Source: Octopus vulgaris (Eukaryota). From it: a stretch of 64,000 bases of DNA. The translations under genes and the position numbers were made by a program. The stretch spans positions 13,640,001 through 13,704,000 of the forward strand of contig OX597835.1 in NCBI GenBank assembly GCA_951406725.2. Direction: 5' to 3'. Positions 38,201-50,700 of the stretch are shown one piece after another; the stretch's first letter is position 1; every line of letters starts with the position of its first letter. A model generated the notes under the pieces. The model worked only from the letters and a program-made list of their open reading frames with translations. It ran no database searches and had not been told where the DNA came from.

Positions 38201-38985
38201 AGTTGGAATATTTCTTAGAATCTAGTAAAACCCTTAAGTGTCTCACATGATGACATTCTTTCTTTGTATCAGAATCATGTCAAAATTTGTATCTTCAAAT
38301 TTCTTTTATATATTTTTTTATGTCTAAAACAAAAAAAAAATTGCTCTTGTATCATTTACTGGTACCTTTTTTTTTTTGTATGTTGGGTTTTTTTTCCTCC
38401 TTCTCTCTCCTGTAATTGCTCTTTGACCATTTTTATCCATTTTTTTCAGTTATTGTTTTTGTGAAATATTCTTACAAACAGACTGTATTGTCTGTTAGTT
38501 GTATATAAGAGGTGTTTATGGAACGGGAGAGAATTGAAAAATCACAGTTGTAGTCAACAGACTGCAATCATTATCAGAGATTTGCATATATGAATAAATT
38601 ATTTTTTAAATATATCCATTGGTTTTTGTGTTTTTGTGATCATCTTTTGGCACAGTCGTCATCATTATCATCATCATCTTTTGAATGTTCAAATTTCCAT
38701 GCTTCGTCACACAGATGGAATTCAATGAGGCAAACATTCTGTGGTTGGATGTCTTTCCTTTCATCAACCCTCACCTGTTACCAAGCAAAGGAGAAACACA
38801 CAACACTGCTCGCATGACAGTGGCACTCATTTACAACTATCACACAGTCAAGACAAGGAGATACATACCCACACACACCCATACAAACACATATGTAGAT
38901 ACATACACATGAAGCCATACAAACATATATACATACACATACGCACACATATACACACACAGATATACACATACACATATATATA

Positions 38986-40580
38986 CACATCATCATCCTT
39001 GTTTAACCCTTTAGTGTTTGCATTATTCTGCCAAAATTAATGCTTTTTTATCCACATTGTTTTGAACTAATCAGGCATTATCTTGTAGCTTTGAGATTTT
39101 GAAGAGGTAGCTGTTAATTTTTAAAACGATATTGTAGGGTTGGTGTGAGAGACCAGATCTGTCCAGTTTGAACATAAAACAGGCAGAATACTTTTGGCCG
39201 GTTTAAATGCTAAAGGGTTAACGTCCACTTTCCATGCTGGCGTGGGTTGGACAGTTTGGCTGAGGACTGGTGATCCATAAGGCTGCACTAGGCTCCAATC
39301 TGATCTGGCAAGCTTTCTACAGCTGGATGCCCTTCCTAACATCAACCACTCCGAGAGGGTCATGGGTGCTTTTACATGCCACTGTCACAAGGGCCAGTCA
39401 GGCAGTACTGGCAATGACCAGGCTCAAAAGGTGCTTGTATGTGCCACCTGCATGGGAGCCAGTCCAGCAGCACTGGCAATGACCACGCTCGAATGTTGTT
39501 TTTCATATGCCAGTAAGGTGACGATGGCAATGATCATGCTCAAATGGTGCTTTTTACATGCCACCAGCATGGGAGCCAGTCAGCAGTCCTGGCAACAATC
39601 ATGCTCGGATGGGGCTTTTAATGTTCCACTGGCACGAGTACCAATCAGGCGGTACTGTCATCAGCCACATCAGCGATTTTGATTTCACTTGCCCCAACAT
39701 GTCTTCACAAGCAAAGTTTATTGTCCAATGAATGAAGGGTACTCATAAGTGGACTGGTTATACACCACTGGCATAGGCCATGGTCTATGGTCTCACTTGG
39801 CTTGTTGAGTCTTCTCAAGCACAGCATATCTCCAGAGGTCTCGGTCACTAGTCATTGCCTTGGTGAAGCTTAATGTTTGAAGGTTTTGTTTCACCACCTC
39901 AACCCAGGTCTTCATGGCTCTACCTCTTCCACAGGTTCCCTCAACTGCTAGGGTGTGACACTTTTTCACACAGCTGTCCTCATCCATTTGCAACACATGA
40001 CCATACCAGCACAGTCATCTCTCTTGCACACTACATCTGATGCTTCTTAAGTCCAACTTTTCTCTCAGGACACTTACACTGTCGTGTATGCACATTGATG
40101 TTACACATCCGGTGGAGCCTATTGGCTTCATTCCTTGTGAGCTTACGCATGTCCTCAGCAGTCATGGCCCATGTTTCACTGTCATGTAGCATGGCTGTTC
40201 ATACACATGTGTCATACAGTCTACCTTTTACTCTGGAGAGGCCCTATGTTGCCAGCAGGGGTAGGAGCTCTCTGAACTTTGCCCAGGCTATTCTTATTCT
40301 AGCAGCTACCCCCGCTACTGATTCAGTCACCTACGTAATGGAAGCTATCAACTACTTCTAGTTTTTCTCCCTGGAATGTAGCAGAATTTGGTCTCAGCAC
40401 ATTTTCAGTGTTTATAGCACCTGAGCATTTGCCACATACAAAAACTTTCTTCCCAGTTAGCCTCCCTTTGATATTACTGCATCTCTTATGTGTCCATAGC
40501 TTACACTGGGTACATCTTATGGAGTTTCTACCTACACCTTTTCTACAGACTGAGCAGGGTCATCTACTTGAAGGGATTTA
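38986..40580 (-). mobile_element. 5'-truncated, decayed RTE-clade LINE with its 3' UTR
   Basis: Minus frames read ARIRIAWAKFRELLPLL, TAMLHDSETWA and VEGTCGRGRAMKTWVEVV...DRDLWR. The 3' UTR has tandem hairpin units and a (GAT)n end interrupted by a MITE. Confidence 0.85.
39003..39221. mobile_element. TTAA-flanked MITE inserted in the RTE tail
   Basis: Splits the tail motif GTTTAA|CGTCC and duplicates TTAA. Confidence 0.8.
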
Positions 40581-41370
40581 TTTTTGCTTGCTATTGCCAG
40601 TTCTTTTGGTCAAACGATCGTATATCCAGCTGCTTCAGATGCCAAGATATCAAAAATTGTCAAAGTGTAGTACAACGGTTTTGCTATGGAATGGTGGAAT
40701 TATTTTTTCATTTTCTGTAAAAGCAATGTTTTGGACTTATGACACTTTAGCATAATAGCAACAATATATAGAAATATACATATATATATATATACATATA
40801 TATACACACACACACGTGTTGATGTGTTTATGTCCCCATAACTTAGTGGTTTGGTAAAAGAGACCAATAGAATAAGCAGTAGACTGACACAGGATAAGTC
40901 CTGGAGAGTCCAATCTATTTCACAAAAAACTCTTTGAGGCCGTGCCCCGGCATGGCCACAGTCTAATGACAAACAAGTAGTAAAAAAAAAGATAAAATTA
41001 TATATATATATATATACAAATATACATATAGGCATATTTACACCTACACATGCACTCACACACACACACCAGGCTTCTTCGAGTCACTGTTTAATATATT
41101 CATTCATAAGGCTTTTGTTAACCCAGAACTACAATAAAAGACACTTGACCATTTTGGATAGAGTGTGACCGAGACAAAAACCAGGAGATTGGAAAGTCAC
41201 CTTCCTAACCACACAGCCACACCCATACCTGACATGGTTCTTAAATTTCGTGGTTTGTCTGAAGGAAATACGGTTTTGGCGAACAGAAGGAATTATGCTA
41301 TGGAGAGCAAGATGTTTAATTCAGAAACAACTGAATGGGTTACGGAGAGCAGATTTATGATATTCAATTA

Positions 41371-41874
41371 TCTAATCTTTATATATAAAAGTGAAGTTGT
41401 GTGTCTGTCTCCTACAATTTAGATTCCTAACTACTCCCACATTTTGCGGTGCAGTTTAACCAAAACCGGGTATCTTATAGTCGTGATTCATATCGAGCCC
41501 TTCTGGGTATTAGCGTGCGTCTACGATGAGTCTACGATTTAAAAAAAAATTTACCATCAATTTTCCCCATTTTAATGCATTTTTTCGCTATTATATAAGG
41601 GAAGTAACTCTCTAAAAATGTCTACGATGAGTCAACGATTTAAAAAAAAATTTACCATAATTTTTTTCCATTTTAATGCATTTTTTCGCTATTATATAAG
41701 GGAAGTAACTCTCTAAAAATGTCTACGATGAGTCAACGATTTTTAAAAAAATTTACCATAATTTTTTTTCCATTTTTAATGCATTTTTTTGCTATTTTTT
41801 GGCAATAACTCTCTAAAAATGCTTATATAGTTATTTCCCTTACAAATCCGAGTAACGCCGGGCGATACTGCTAG
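41371..41874 (+). mobile_element. Non-autonomous Helitron with an internal triplication of about 100 bp
   Basis: Same head as 18604-19116, TC...CTAG termini, and three GTCTACGATGAGTC units. Confidence 0.85.
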
Positions 41875-41989
41875 TTAATAATATTATCCAGGTAATGACA
41901 TTTAATTATCTAATTAATGATAGTTAATTATCTAAATTACTCATGGCAGAATGGCATAGAACATGCCTTTCAATATTCATTACACCTTA

Positions 41990-42390
41990 GGGCAGCGAGC
42001 TGGCAGAAACATTAGCACGCCAGATGAAATGCTTAGCGGTATTTCGTCTGTGTTACGTTGTGAGTTCAAAACCCGCCGAGGTCGACTTTGCCTTTCATCC
42101 TTTCGGGGTCGATAAATTAAGTACCAGTTACGCACTGGGGTCGATGTAATTGACTTAATACCTATGTCTGTCCTTGTTTGTTCCCTCTGTGTTTAGCCCT
42201 TTGTGGGTAATAAAGAAATAGGTATTTCGTCTGTCTTTACATTCTGAGTTCAAATTCTGCCGAGGTTGATTTTGCCATTCATCCTTTTGGAGTCGATAAA
42301 TTAAGTACCAGTTGCATACTGGGGTCAATCTAATCAACTGGCACCCTCTACAAAAATTTCGGGCCTTGTGCCTAGAATAGAAAAGAATAT
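41990..42390 (+). mobile_element. Family C SINE tandem pair
   Basis: Two consecutive family C cores. Confidence 0.8.
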
Positions 42391-42510
42391 TTATTACACC
42401 TCTTAATGATCCAAGTTCAAATCCAGCCGAGAGTCAACTTTGCTTGTCATCCTGTTGAGGTGTTCGGTAAAATTAAGCTCCAATCGAATACTTGAGCTGA
42501 TGGTATAGAC

Positions 42511-43158
42511 CAAGGGTTCTCAACCATTTCATGTGTGTGGAACCCCTTAACCATTCCATGTTTAAAAAATCCTATTGTATTTTTATGATTAAACTAGCAG
42601 TATCGCCCGGCGTTGCTCGGGTTTGTAAGGGAAATAACTATAAAGCATTTTTAGAGAGTTATAGCTAAAAAATGTAAAAAAAATGGTAAATTTTATTTTT
42701 AGTTAAAAAGGTCGAGTTGCGTCCCCTAGACAGTCTGTGGTTTGCGTTTCTGATTCTCGACCCCATGTCGAATTTATCGATTTTTTTCAGAACTGGGGGA
42801 ACTTTTCAAAATTTTCGCTGCGTTAGTTTTGAATTATGACATTGGGCTATGTGTGTGTCAAGTTTCATCAGAATCGGTTGAAAGCCGTGGTCAGGGTGAG
42901 GGTACAACCTAACAGACACACAGAAACACACACAGACAAACTGCCGTTTATATATAGAGAGATATTATTTTGTGTATTCTGTATGTATAAACCTATTTAC
43001 TACACGTTTACGGGTTTGAAGCACAATTTTTTTTATGGCCCCTGAAAAATTACTATGGGGCCCCCAATACACTATATTGTATCCATGGACCCCCAATTTA
43101 CTATACTGCATCCATGGACTCCAAATAACCTTATATGGACCCCAGCTGAGAACCCCTG
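42511..43158. mobile_element. hAT-type MITE hosting a Helitron
   Basis: Termini CAAGGGTTCTCA and TGAGAACCCCTG, 8-bp TSD GTATAGAC/GTATAGAT. Confidence 0.75.
42594..42962 (-). mobile_element. Non-autonomous Helitron (second body type)
   Basis: Near identical to 34868-35252. Confidence 0.85.
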
Positions 43159-44909
43159 GTATAGATTAAGCCTCTCCCCTCAAAATTTGTGGCCCCTTTC
43201 TGCCTAAGTTAGAAACTATTTTGCAATTTAGACTGGGTATTTTAAATTCCAAATAAAAACAAGTCTGGAACTAAATCAAGGTTGGAGAAGAGACGGAACC
43301 ATAATGAAGACCAAACTTGGTACCCTTAGAAGGGACTCACCTGACTTACATATAAATAGGGAATAACTACAATGGGTTTGTAAAAGGTGCTTGGCCTAGT
43401 GGCTAAGGTGTAGGATTCACGATTATAAAACTGAGTTCAATTCCTGGACAAAGCAGTGCATTGTGTCCTTGAGCATGACACATCATTGCACATTGGTCTA
43501 CTAACTGGTGGAGCACTCTCTCTCTCTGCAGGTGTCACACTCTGAATGTTCCACCAGGCCAAGGGTGGAAGTGTGAAGAGGCTGTCTATGTCCATTTGTG
43601 ACAGACAAAAGTGCCAAGAAACAATTAATGAAAGCATAGCAAATGTTTCCAAGCCACACTTACTTGCAAGTGATGACTGTGCTCTGGACAACAGGTAGGT
43701 TTACCTGCTGAACAAACTCAATCTAGATATGTCATGATAACCAAGTTATCATGGTAACCAAGCTGGTACAATTGTGTGGTGACTAACAGAATGAGGAAGA
43801 AACTGAGAAACCCCTTGGGTAAACTGCCTAACATTAAATAATTATATAAACCTAAGAACCAGGAAAGACTGACATCATCATCATAATACCCACTTCTCCA
43901 TATTAACAAGGACCAGATGGAATTCACTGAAGTATTTTCCAACAACCAGATGCCCCTCTTGTTGCCAACCCTTACCTGTTACTAAGCAAGTCTATTTCCC
44001 CATGGTCACATATGTTTCATGGAAGATTGGAAATGAAGGACACTGCTTGTATAACAGTGATGCTCGTTTAGAGCTATTACATGATGTCAAAACAAAGACA
44101 CATGATTTACTGTTTCATTGTAGGTGGGATCAATAGAAGAGAAATCCGTCCAGTGAGAGATGAATATTATTTAATATACACAGTATTTAAATTTGCTGTA
44201 CCATTAGTTTCATGCTGTTGAAAACAATAAACTGGCAAGCTTATATATATATCAAGCCTTGGGATTCCAAGCAAACTTTCACACTTACATATACAACATG
44301 ACTAGTCTTCATTCACATACATCATACATACATACATACATACATACATACATACATACATACATACATACGTATGTACATATATACATAAGCTTCTTTC
44401 AGTTTCCAGGGCTATAGTAGAAGAGTTAAAGACAGCAATGACATCATCAACCTCATCAGTATTTAAATTGCGCTATTTAGTGCTTATTTTATATTTTAAG
44501 CGTATACTTGGTGTGTATCTAGAAATCTGACTTACAAACAGTTTACAAATGCTTAAAGATTAGCATTGACATCATGAACAGCAAAAGTTATGGGCCAGTT
44601 CCTTTCATCAGACTCAACAATGAAAAAACAAAAATAAGTTTTTACTTGAACCATATTCCTGTAAATCTTAGAGCCAGATACAAGAAATGCAAAGGAGAAA
44701 TCAAGGAACTTGAAATCCTAACCCAACGAAATTCTTATTCAAAGCATCAAACAACCAAACCCAACTATCACTCAATACACAAAAAATTATAACTAAACTC
44801 TCTAACAATGTAGGATGTCCTCAATTCAAGGCCAGCAACTGCATTCCTCATAAACAGTTAATTACATCATATTCATACCATTTAAAAATTGCTCAGAGAA
44901 CAAAGGAGA

Positions 44910-45390
44910 TAGTTGCTGAAGCATGGAACAAACTGCCGGCATCAGTTGTTAGTTGTCGGAGCACTGCATCCTTCAAAACTTCCATGCTTTCTGAGATTCG
45001 CCAACACTACATCTGATTTTCTCCCCTCCATACCTTTTCAAACTCCACCCATCTAACACCCGTGGACATATTTACAAAGTAAGAAAACAGCACAGCTCCC
45101 ATGACTTCAGGAAACATTTTTTCATGCTGAGAGTTGCTGAAGCATGGAACAAACTGCCGGCATCGGTTGTCAGTTGTCGGAGCACTGCATCCTTCAAAAC
45201 TTCCATGCTTCCTGAGATTCCCCAACACTACACTTGATTTTCTCCCCTTCATACACACACAAGCATGTATCTGACTCATACATTGTTCGCTTCCCAGACA
45301 TTTTTACATTACTGCATGTACTTTATACGCACTTTCTGACAAGTTGTGGTGCACCTGAGCACTGTATACAATAATTTCATTATTATTATT
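44910..45390 (+). mobile_element. CR1-clade LINE 3' fragment with partial tandem duplication
   Basis: Encodes TRGHIYKVRKQHSSHDFRKHFF.LRVAEAWNKLPASVV and ends in (ATT)n. 44910-45035 repeats 45130-45255. Confidence 0.82.
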
Positions 45391-47119
45391 ATTTTATAGC
45401 CCTGAAATTCTAGATCTGTGGAAATGGACAGAAATTGCAAAGCACCTTTTTGTATCAACAACATGAGTGTATATAGTGAGAGTAGAGGTGTGTCTAATGA
45501 GAGTGACATGTGTGAAGCATGTGTATAGTGATGGCAAAGGTGTATATAATGAGTGTAAAATGTGTAGATGTATGTAGAATGTGTATTATAGCAATGAAGA
45601 TGAATCTACGTAACGATATGTTTTTACAGTGCACACTCGTCAGGGGGTCAGGGTTAGCTTTAGGATTGGTTAAGGTTACGTAAATGCGTCACGACCCCTG
45701 TATTTAAGTAGTACCCACTAAAATAATGAACGAAACTATATTTAACAGATACAAATTAATACACTTCAAAAGCAGTGTTTGTCTGGGGTTTATTAACCCA
45801 TTTATACTCCTGAAAATGCCTGTACAGGCTAACATGTAGTATTCAGAAGATGGAAACTAAACGAAGGACGGTGTAGAACATAATAAACGAATACAGGTAA
45901 AAATTATTTCACGCTAGGCTTGTCACCCACTTGCCTAACACCCAGGGCTTCTTATATTCCTCTAATGCAGGGGTTCCCAACCATTTTCAGCTATGGAACC
46001 TCTTTGATTCATATTTTCTCGGATGGACCTTCCAAGCCATGCAATGCCTTTTTTTTTAAACTCTGTTACATTTTTGTAATTAAATATCATTAAAATTATA
46101 TTTTTTAAAAAAATAGCGTACGTAAAGAATACGCATACTCAGGGTTTAGGGTTAGGCTTACGCTGAAAACGGGTGGTGTGCGTATAATTTACCTCCGCCA
46201 AAAACATTTAATATTTTGTGTACTGTAGAAGTTTGAGCAATTTTATTGCACATAAATTTTAACAAAATCTTACGTGAAGTTAGGTTAAGAACCATCGATA
46301 TAATTACCGTTTCATAGCTATGATTGGTTGCGTATTTGCAGCGGTTATTTTTTAACAGAACCACACCAAAAACTAGCGAAGTTTCAGAACAGCTTTTCCT
46401 CGAAGTCCTGTGCCCCATGGAAAAGGAAAACGGTATTCCCCACTCATTTTATGATCTTTCTATTCTTCATACGACAGAAATTATGATTCTGGAAAAGAAT
46501 AATGCAAAATTTTCATTATTTTCCCCCACGTGTATGCCTTCCACCTTCTCATTTCTGCATCGTTTTAAATTTTCCGTGAGGCATGGGACTTCGAAGAACA
46601 TCAATTTCAAAACACCACCCACCCAAAACTTTACGTTATCACTGAATAGAACGAAGTGAAAAAGGAAGAGTCGTCATTATTTACAGCTGGGCAACTTTCA
46701 AACACCATTAGTATAGACTCGTAATTAATGAAATAATTAAGAAATTAAGACGAAGAACAACTTACCGTTAGAGGAATCGCTGGACCACAAGAACAGTCTC
46801 AGCAGAACAGGTGGGCGGCGTCGTGTGAATGACACAGAGAATTAAACGAAGTTGTCATGTAGCGAACTACAGCTGTATCTACCAAATTCCAGAACTAATC
46901 AGTTTTAGAAACAACCGCTTCTCTGAATTCTTTGGAAGTTTGATGTTTCTCGACCAAAATTGCTCCGTTGAATTATTCTCTGAGCAACTGTTGTAGCCTG
47001 CTTATCTCCCTTGCATAAACTCGAGTCATTTAAAGTGATCTCCCTTGTTTACCTTTCTACTCATATTTTTTTTGGTTTTGAAGATCATTTTAGTCATCAC
47101 CGTCAAGGCCATGCTGGAG

Positions 47120-47497
47120 TAGTAGGAGCACTCCGTCGGTTACGACGATGAGGGTCCCAGCTGATCCGATCAACGGAACCGCTTGCTCGTGGAATTAACG
47201 TGCAAGTGGCTGAGCACTCCACAGACACGTGTACCCTTAACGTAGTTCTCGAGGAGATTCAGCGTGACACAGAGTGTGACAAGGCTGGCCCTTTGAAATA
47301 CAGGTACAACAGAAACAGGAAGAAAGAGTGAGAGAAAGTTGAGGTGAAAGAGTACAGCAGGGTTCACCACCACCCCTGCAGGAACCTTGTGAAGCTTTAG
47401 GTGTTTTCGCTCAATAAACACTCACAACGCCCAGTCTGGGAATCGAAACCGTGATCCTACGACCGCGAGTCCGCTGCCCTAACCACTGGGCCATTGC
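47120..47497 (-). mobile_element. Family B SINE
   Basis: tRNA-like head GCAATGGCCCAGTGGTTAGGGCAGCGGACTCGCGGTCGTAGGATCACGGTTTCGATTCC. Confidence 0.8.
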
Positions 47498-47704
47498 TAG
47501 AGCACCGCTCAAGGAAGAGAATTCACAATTTTTTTTTTTTTTTGTGTTGTCACTATTTCTTTCTTTCTTTTATTTAAGAACATGTAAAGTATTGAGACAA
47601 AAACTGTCCGAAGAAATCTCTTAACGAACATTACTTTGGAATTTGTGCTGAGTCTAAATGTGACATCCCGGCAGAGTAAATGGATGTAAAATAATGGTAA
47701 AATA

Positions 47705-48465
47705 AGGCGGCGAGCTGGCAGAATCGTTAGCACGCCGAGCGAAATGCTTAGCGGTTTTTCGTCTGCCGTTACGTTCTGAGTTCAAATTCCGCCGAGGTCG
47801 ACTTTGCCTTTCATCCTTTCGGGGTCGATTAAATAAGTACCAGTTACGCACTGGGATCAATATAATCGATTTAATCCGTTTGTCCCTTGTGTTTAGCCCC
47901 TTGTGGGTAGTAAAGAAATAGTAAAATGATAGTCGTGATGACACACACACACACAGGTAGATAGATACATATGTAAATATGTGCATGCATTCATCCATAC
48001 ATATATACATAGCAATTTCAACTGATGAGTGCCATCTTGTACTTTCTCATTGTCAATGGTATTTCTGACAATCCGTCCATGACCTCTCACATATGGTTTG
48101 AAGCACAGGTTACAAACCAAAGTTGTGACTTACTATGTGCTTCCAACTGAGTCTACACATCTCGCCAATTTCAGTGACAAATGAGGTCACCATAAAGAGA
48201 CATTTGTTCGTCATCGGTTTGACTTTTAAAGGCGGCGAGCTGGCAGAAACGTTAGCACGCCGGGCAAAATGCTTAGCGGTATTTCGTCTGCCGTTACGTT
48301 GTGAGTTCAAATTCCGCCGAGGTCGACTTTGCCTTTCATCCTTTCGGGGTCGATAAATTAAGTACCAGTTACGCACTGGGGTCGATGTAATCGATTTAAT
48401 ACCTATGCCTCTCCTTGTTTGTCCCCTCTGTGTTTAGCCCCTTGTGGGCAGTAAAGAAATAGGTA
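47705..48465 (+). mobile_element. Two young family C SINEs (47705-47920 and 48230-48465)
   Basis: CpG-rich, near-consensus copies. Confidence 0.85.
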
Positions 48466-49749
48466 TGACTTTTAAATTCCTCCGGAAGTTCAGTTCTGGT
48501 TCGGGAGTTCGAGGGTTTTGAAGAGTGTGGAACCACGTTTTAACCAATATAGCTCCCAAGTCTCTTCTGAGTGGCAGCACTTGACAAGGATCCCAGCTAC
48601 AGGTTAACTAGCATATCCATCTGAGCACGGAGACAAAGAAATAGCCTGTGTGTGTATTAGGGCATGCAGTACACCCATCGAGATCTGTCCTCTGTAATCA
48701 GACATTTTAATCCTCCTTTCTACAGGTTCCATACGCAATATCAATTACAGAAAAAAGTAAACATTTTCAAAACAAATCAGGAAAATATTTTAATGATTGA
48801 AATTGTCTTTATTAATATGTTAATGAATAAATCAGATTAAAAATTAATTACTGAATTCTTTTTTTTTCTTTTATTCTTTGAGTAATTAAATACGAAGAAA
48901 ATGATAAAACATTTGTTAATGTGAAAGTCAGAATGACGAAGAACTAGGAGAAGATTGTCGTCGATTAAATGCTAAAATGTTTCATGTGTTGTTGAACAAT
49001 GTTAGTGTAATACACTGGATTAGTCTAGAAGGATTATTCTAATTCTTTTTACCATGGAGTATCATTGCTCACACTAAAATGAAATGAAATGTATTAAGAA
49101 TTTTTTTGTTGGAAGTCCGTTGAAAATGAGAATAACGCCGTTAGGCTGCCAAGGGAGATAATTACAAAATGAATTCGGTTTTCTAGACAGACTTACCGTT
49201 CTTAGCAACTTGATATTTTTTCGATTGAGTCCACATACTACATCTATATATGTATGTGTATATATATTATATACATATGTATGTGTGTGTATGTATGTAT
49301 ATATATATAGGTATGTATATGTATATTTATAAATATATACATGCACATATATACGTGTATACATACGTATACATATATATACATACACACATATATATAT
49401 ATACACACATGTACATATATATAACACGCACACACACATATATATATACACATACACACACATATATATATACACATACACACATATATATATATACACA
49501 CACACATATACATATATATATATATATTTGGTTATTATTTATTTAATAGCGCTTTCATCTTGTTTATTTCCTAGACTTATCAGATACCATTTTTCTGTAA
49601 AAATGAATAATCTTATCTAATGAGTCTCAGAAACGAATCAGATGAAAGCGCTAATAAATAAATAATAGCCCAAAATTCTGACTCCCTTCTTCATCTCAGT
49701 ATGTAAAACCTGGATACCACTCCAAACATTCTATACATATACATTGTAA

Positions 49750-49800
<51 letters not shown>

Positions 49801-50109
49801 TGTTCCTTTAGACATAAGCCATGTTTTTTTAAAATATTTTTGCTGGAATTTTGGTAAATATAAAGTTTTTTTTTGTTGTTGTTGTAAAAGAAAAGGAAAG
49901 AAGGGAAATAACAGAAGGAGAAAAATCGATTACAACACCTTCATAGCTTAAATAATTAATTATATAACATCCCTTTGATAATTACCTCTATTCTACAGTT
50001 AATTATTAAACAACAAATCATTTATGTTTAAGCAGTTTTCACAGTCAATAGTTAGTTTGGCATAGAAGAGGGAACAATGCAGAGCAACTCAGAAATTGAT
50101 ATTTTTTAA

Positions 50110-50700
50110 GGTGGTGAGCTGGCAGAAACGTTAGCACACCGGGCGAAATGCCTAGCGGTATTTCATCTGCTGTTACGTTCTGAGTTCAAATTCCACCAAG
50201 ATCGACTTTGCCTTTCATCCTTTCGGGGCCCGATTAAATAAGTACCCGTTACGCACTGGAGTCAATATAATCGACTTAATCCGTTTGTCTGTCCTTGTTT
50301 GTCCCCTCTCTGTGTAGCCACTTGTGGGCAGTAAAGAAATAAGAAATTGTTATTTTTGGCAAGATATCTTCAACTACGAAAGAAAACCATTTGTTCTTTT
50401 ATTCTCTTACTTCTTTCAGACTGCGGCCATGCTGGAGGACCGCATTTAGTCAAACAAATTGACCTCAGCACTTATTCTTTGGAAACCTAGTACTTGTTCT
50501 ATCGGTCTCTTTTGTCAAACCACTAAGTTACTGGGACATAAATACACCAATATCAGTTGTCAAGAGATGGTGGGGAGACAAACACAGACACACAAATACA
50601 TACATATATATATATATATGACGGGCTTCTTTCGGTTTCCATCTACCAAATCCACACACAAGGCTTTGGTCGGCCCAAGGCTATAGAAGAAGACACCTGA
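50110..50700. mobile_element. Family C SINE (+, 50110-50345) and family A SINE (-, 50400-50700)
   Basis: Homology to other copies in the window. Confidence 0.75.

Noticed and set aside
45640-46160. Telomere-like TTAGGG words
   Set aside because: Only 2-3 degenerate units. Such words also occur inside the MITE at 18156-18562, so this is not an interstitial telomere.
47420-47497. tRNA gene-like sequence (also at 1170-1250, 4045-4120 and 6790-6875)
   Set aside because: These are SINE heads that continue into repeat bodies, with no complete cloverleaf or acceptor stem.
49615-49645. Hammerhead-like CTAATGAG...ACGAATC inside an inverted repeat
   Set aside because: G5 and the GAAA box are mutated and stem II is minimal. 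At best it is a dead relic.
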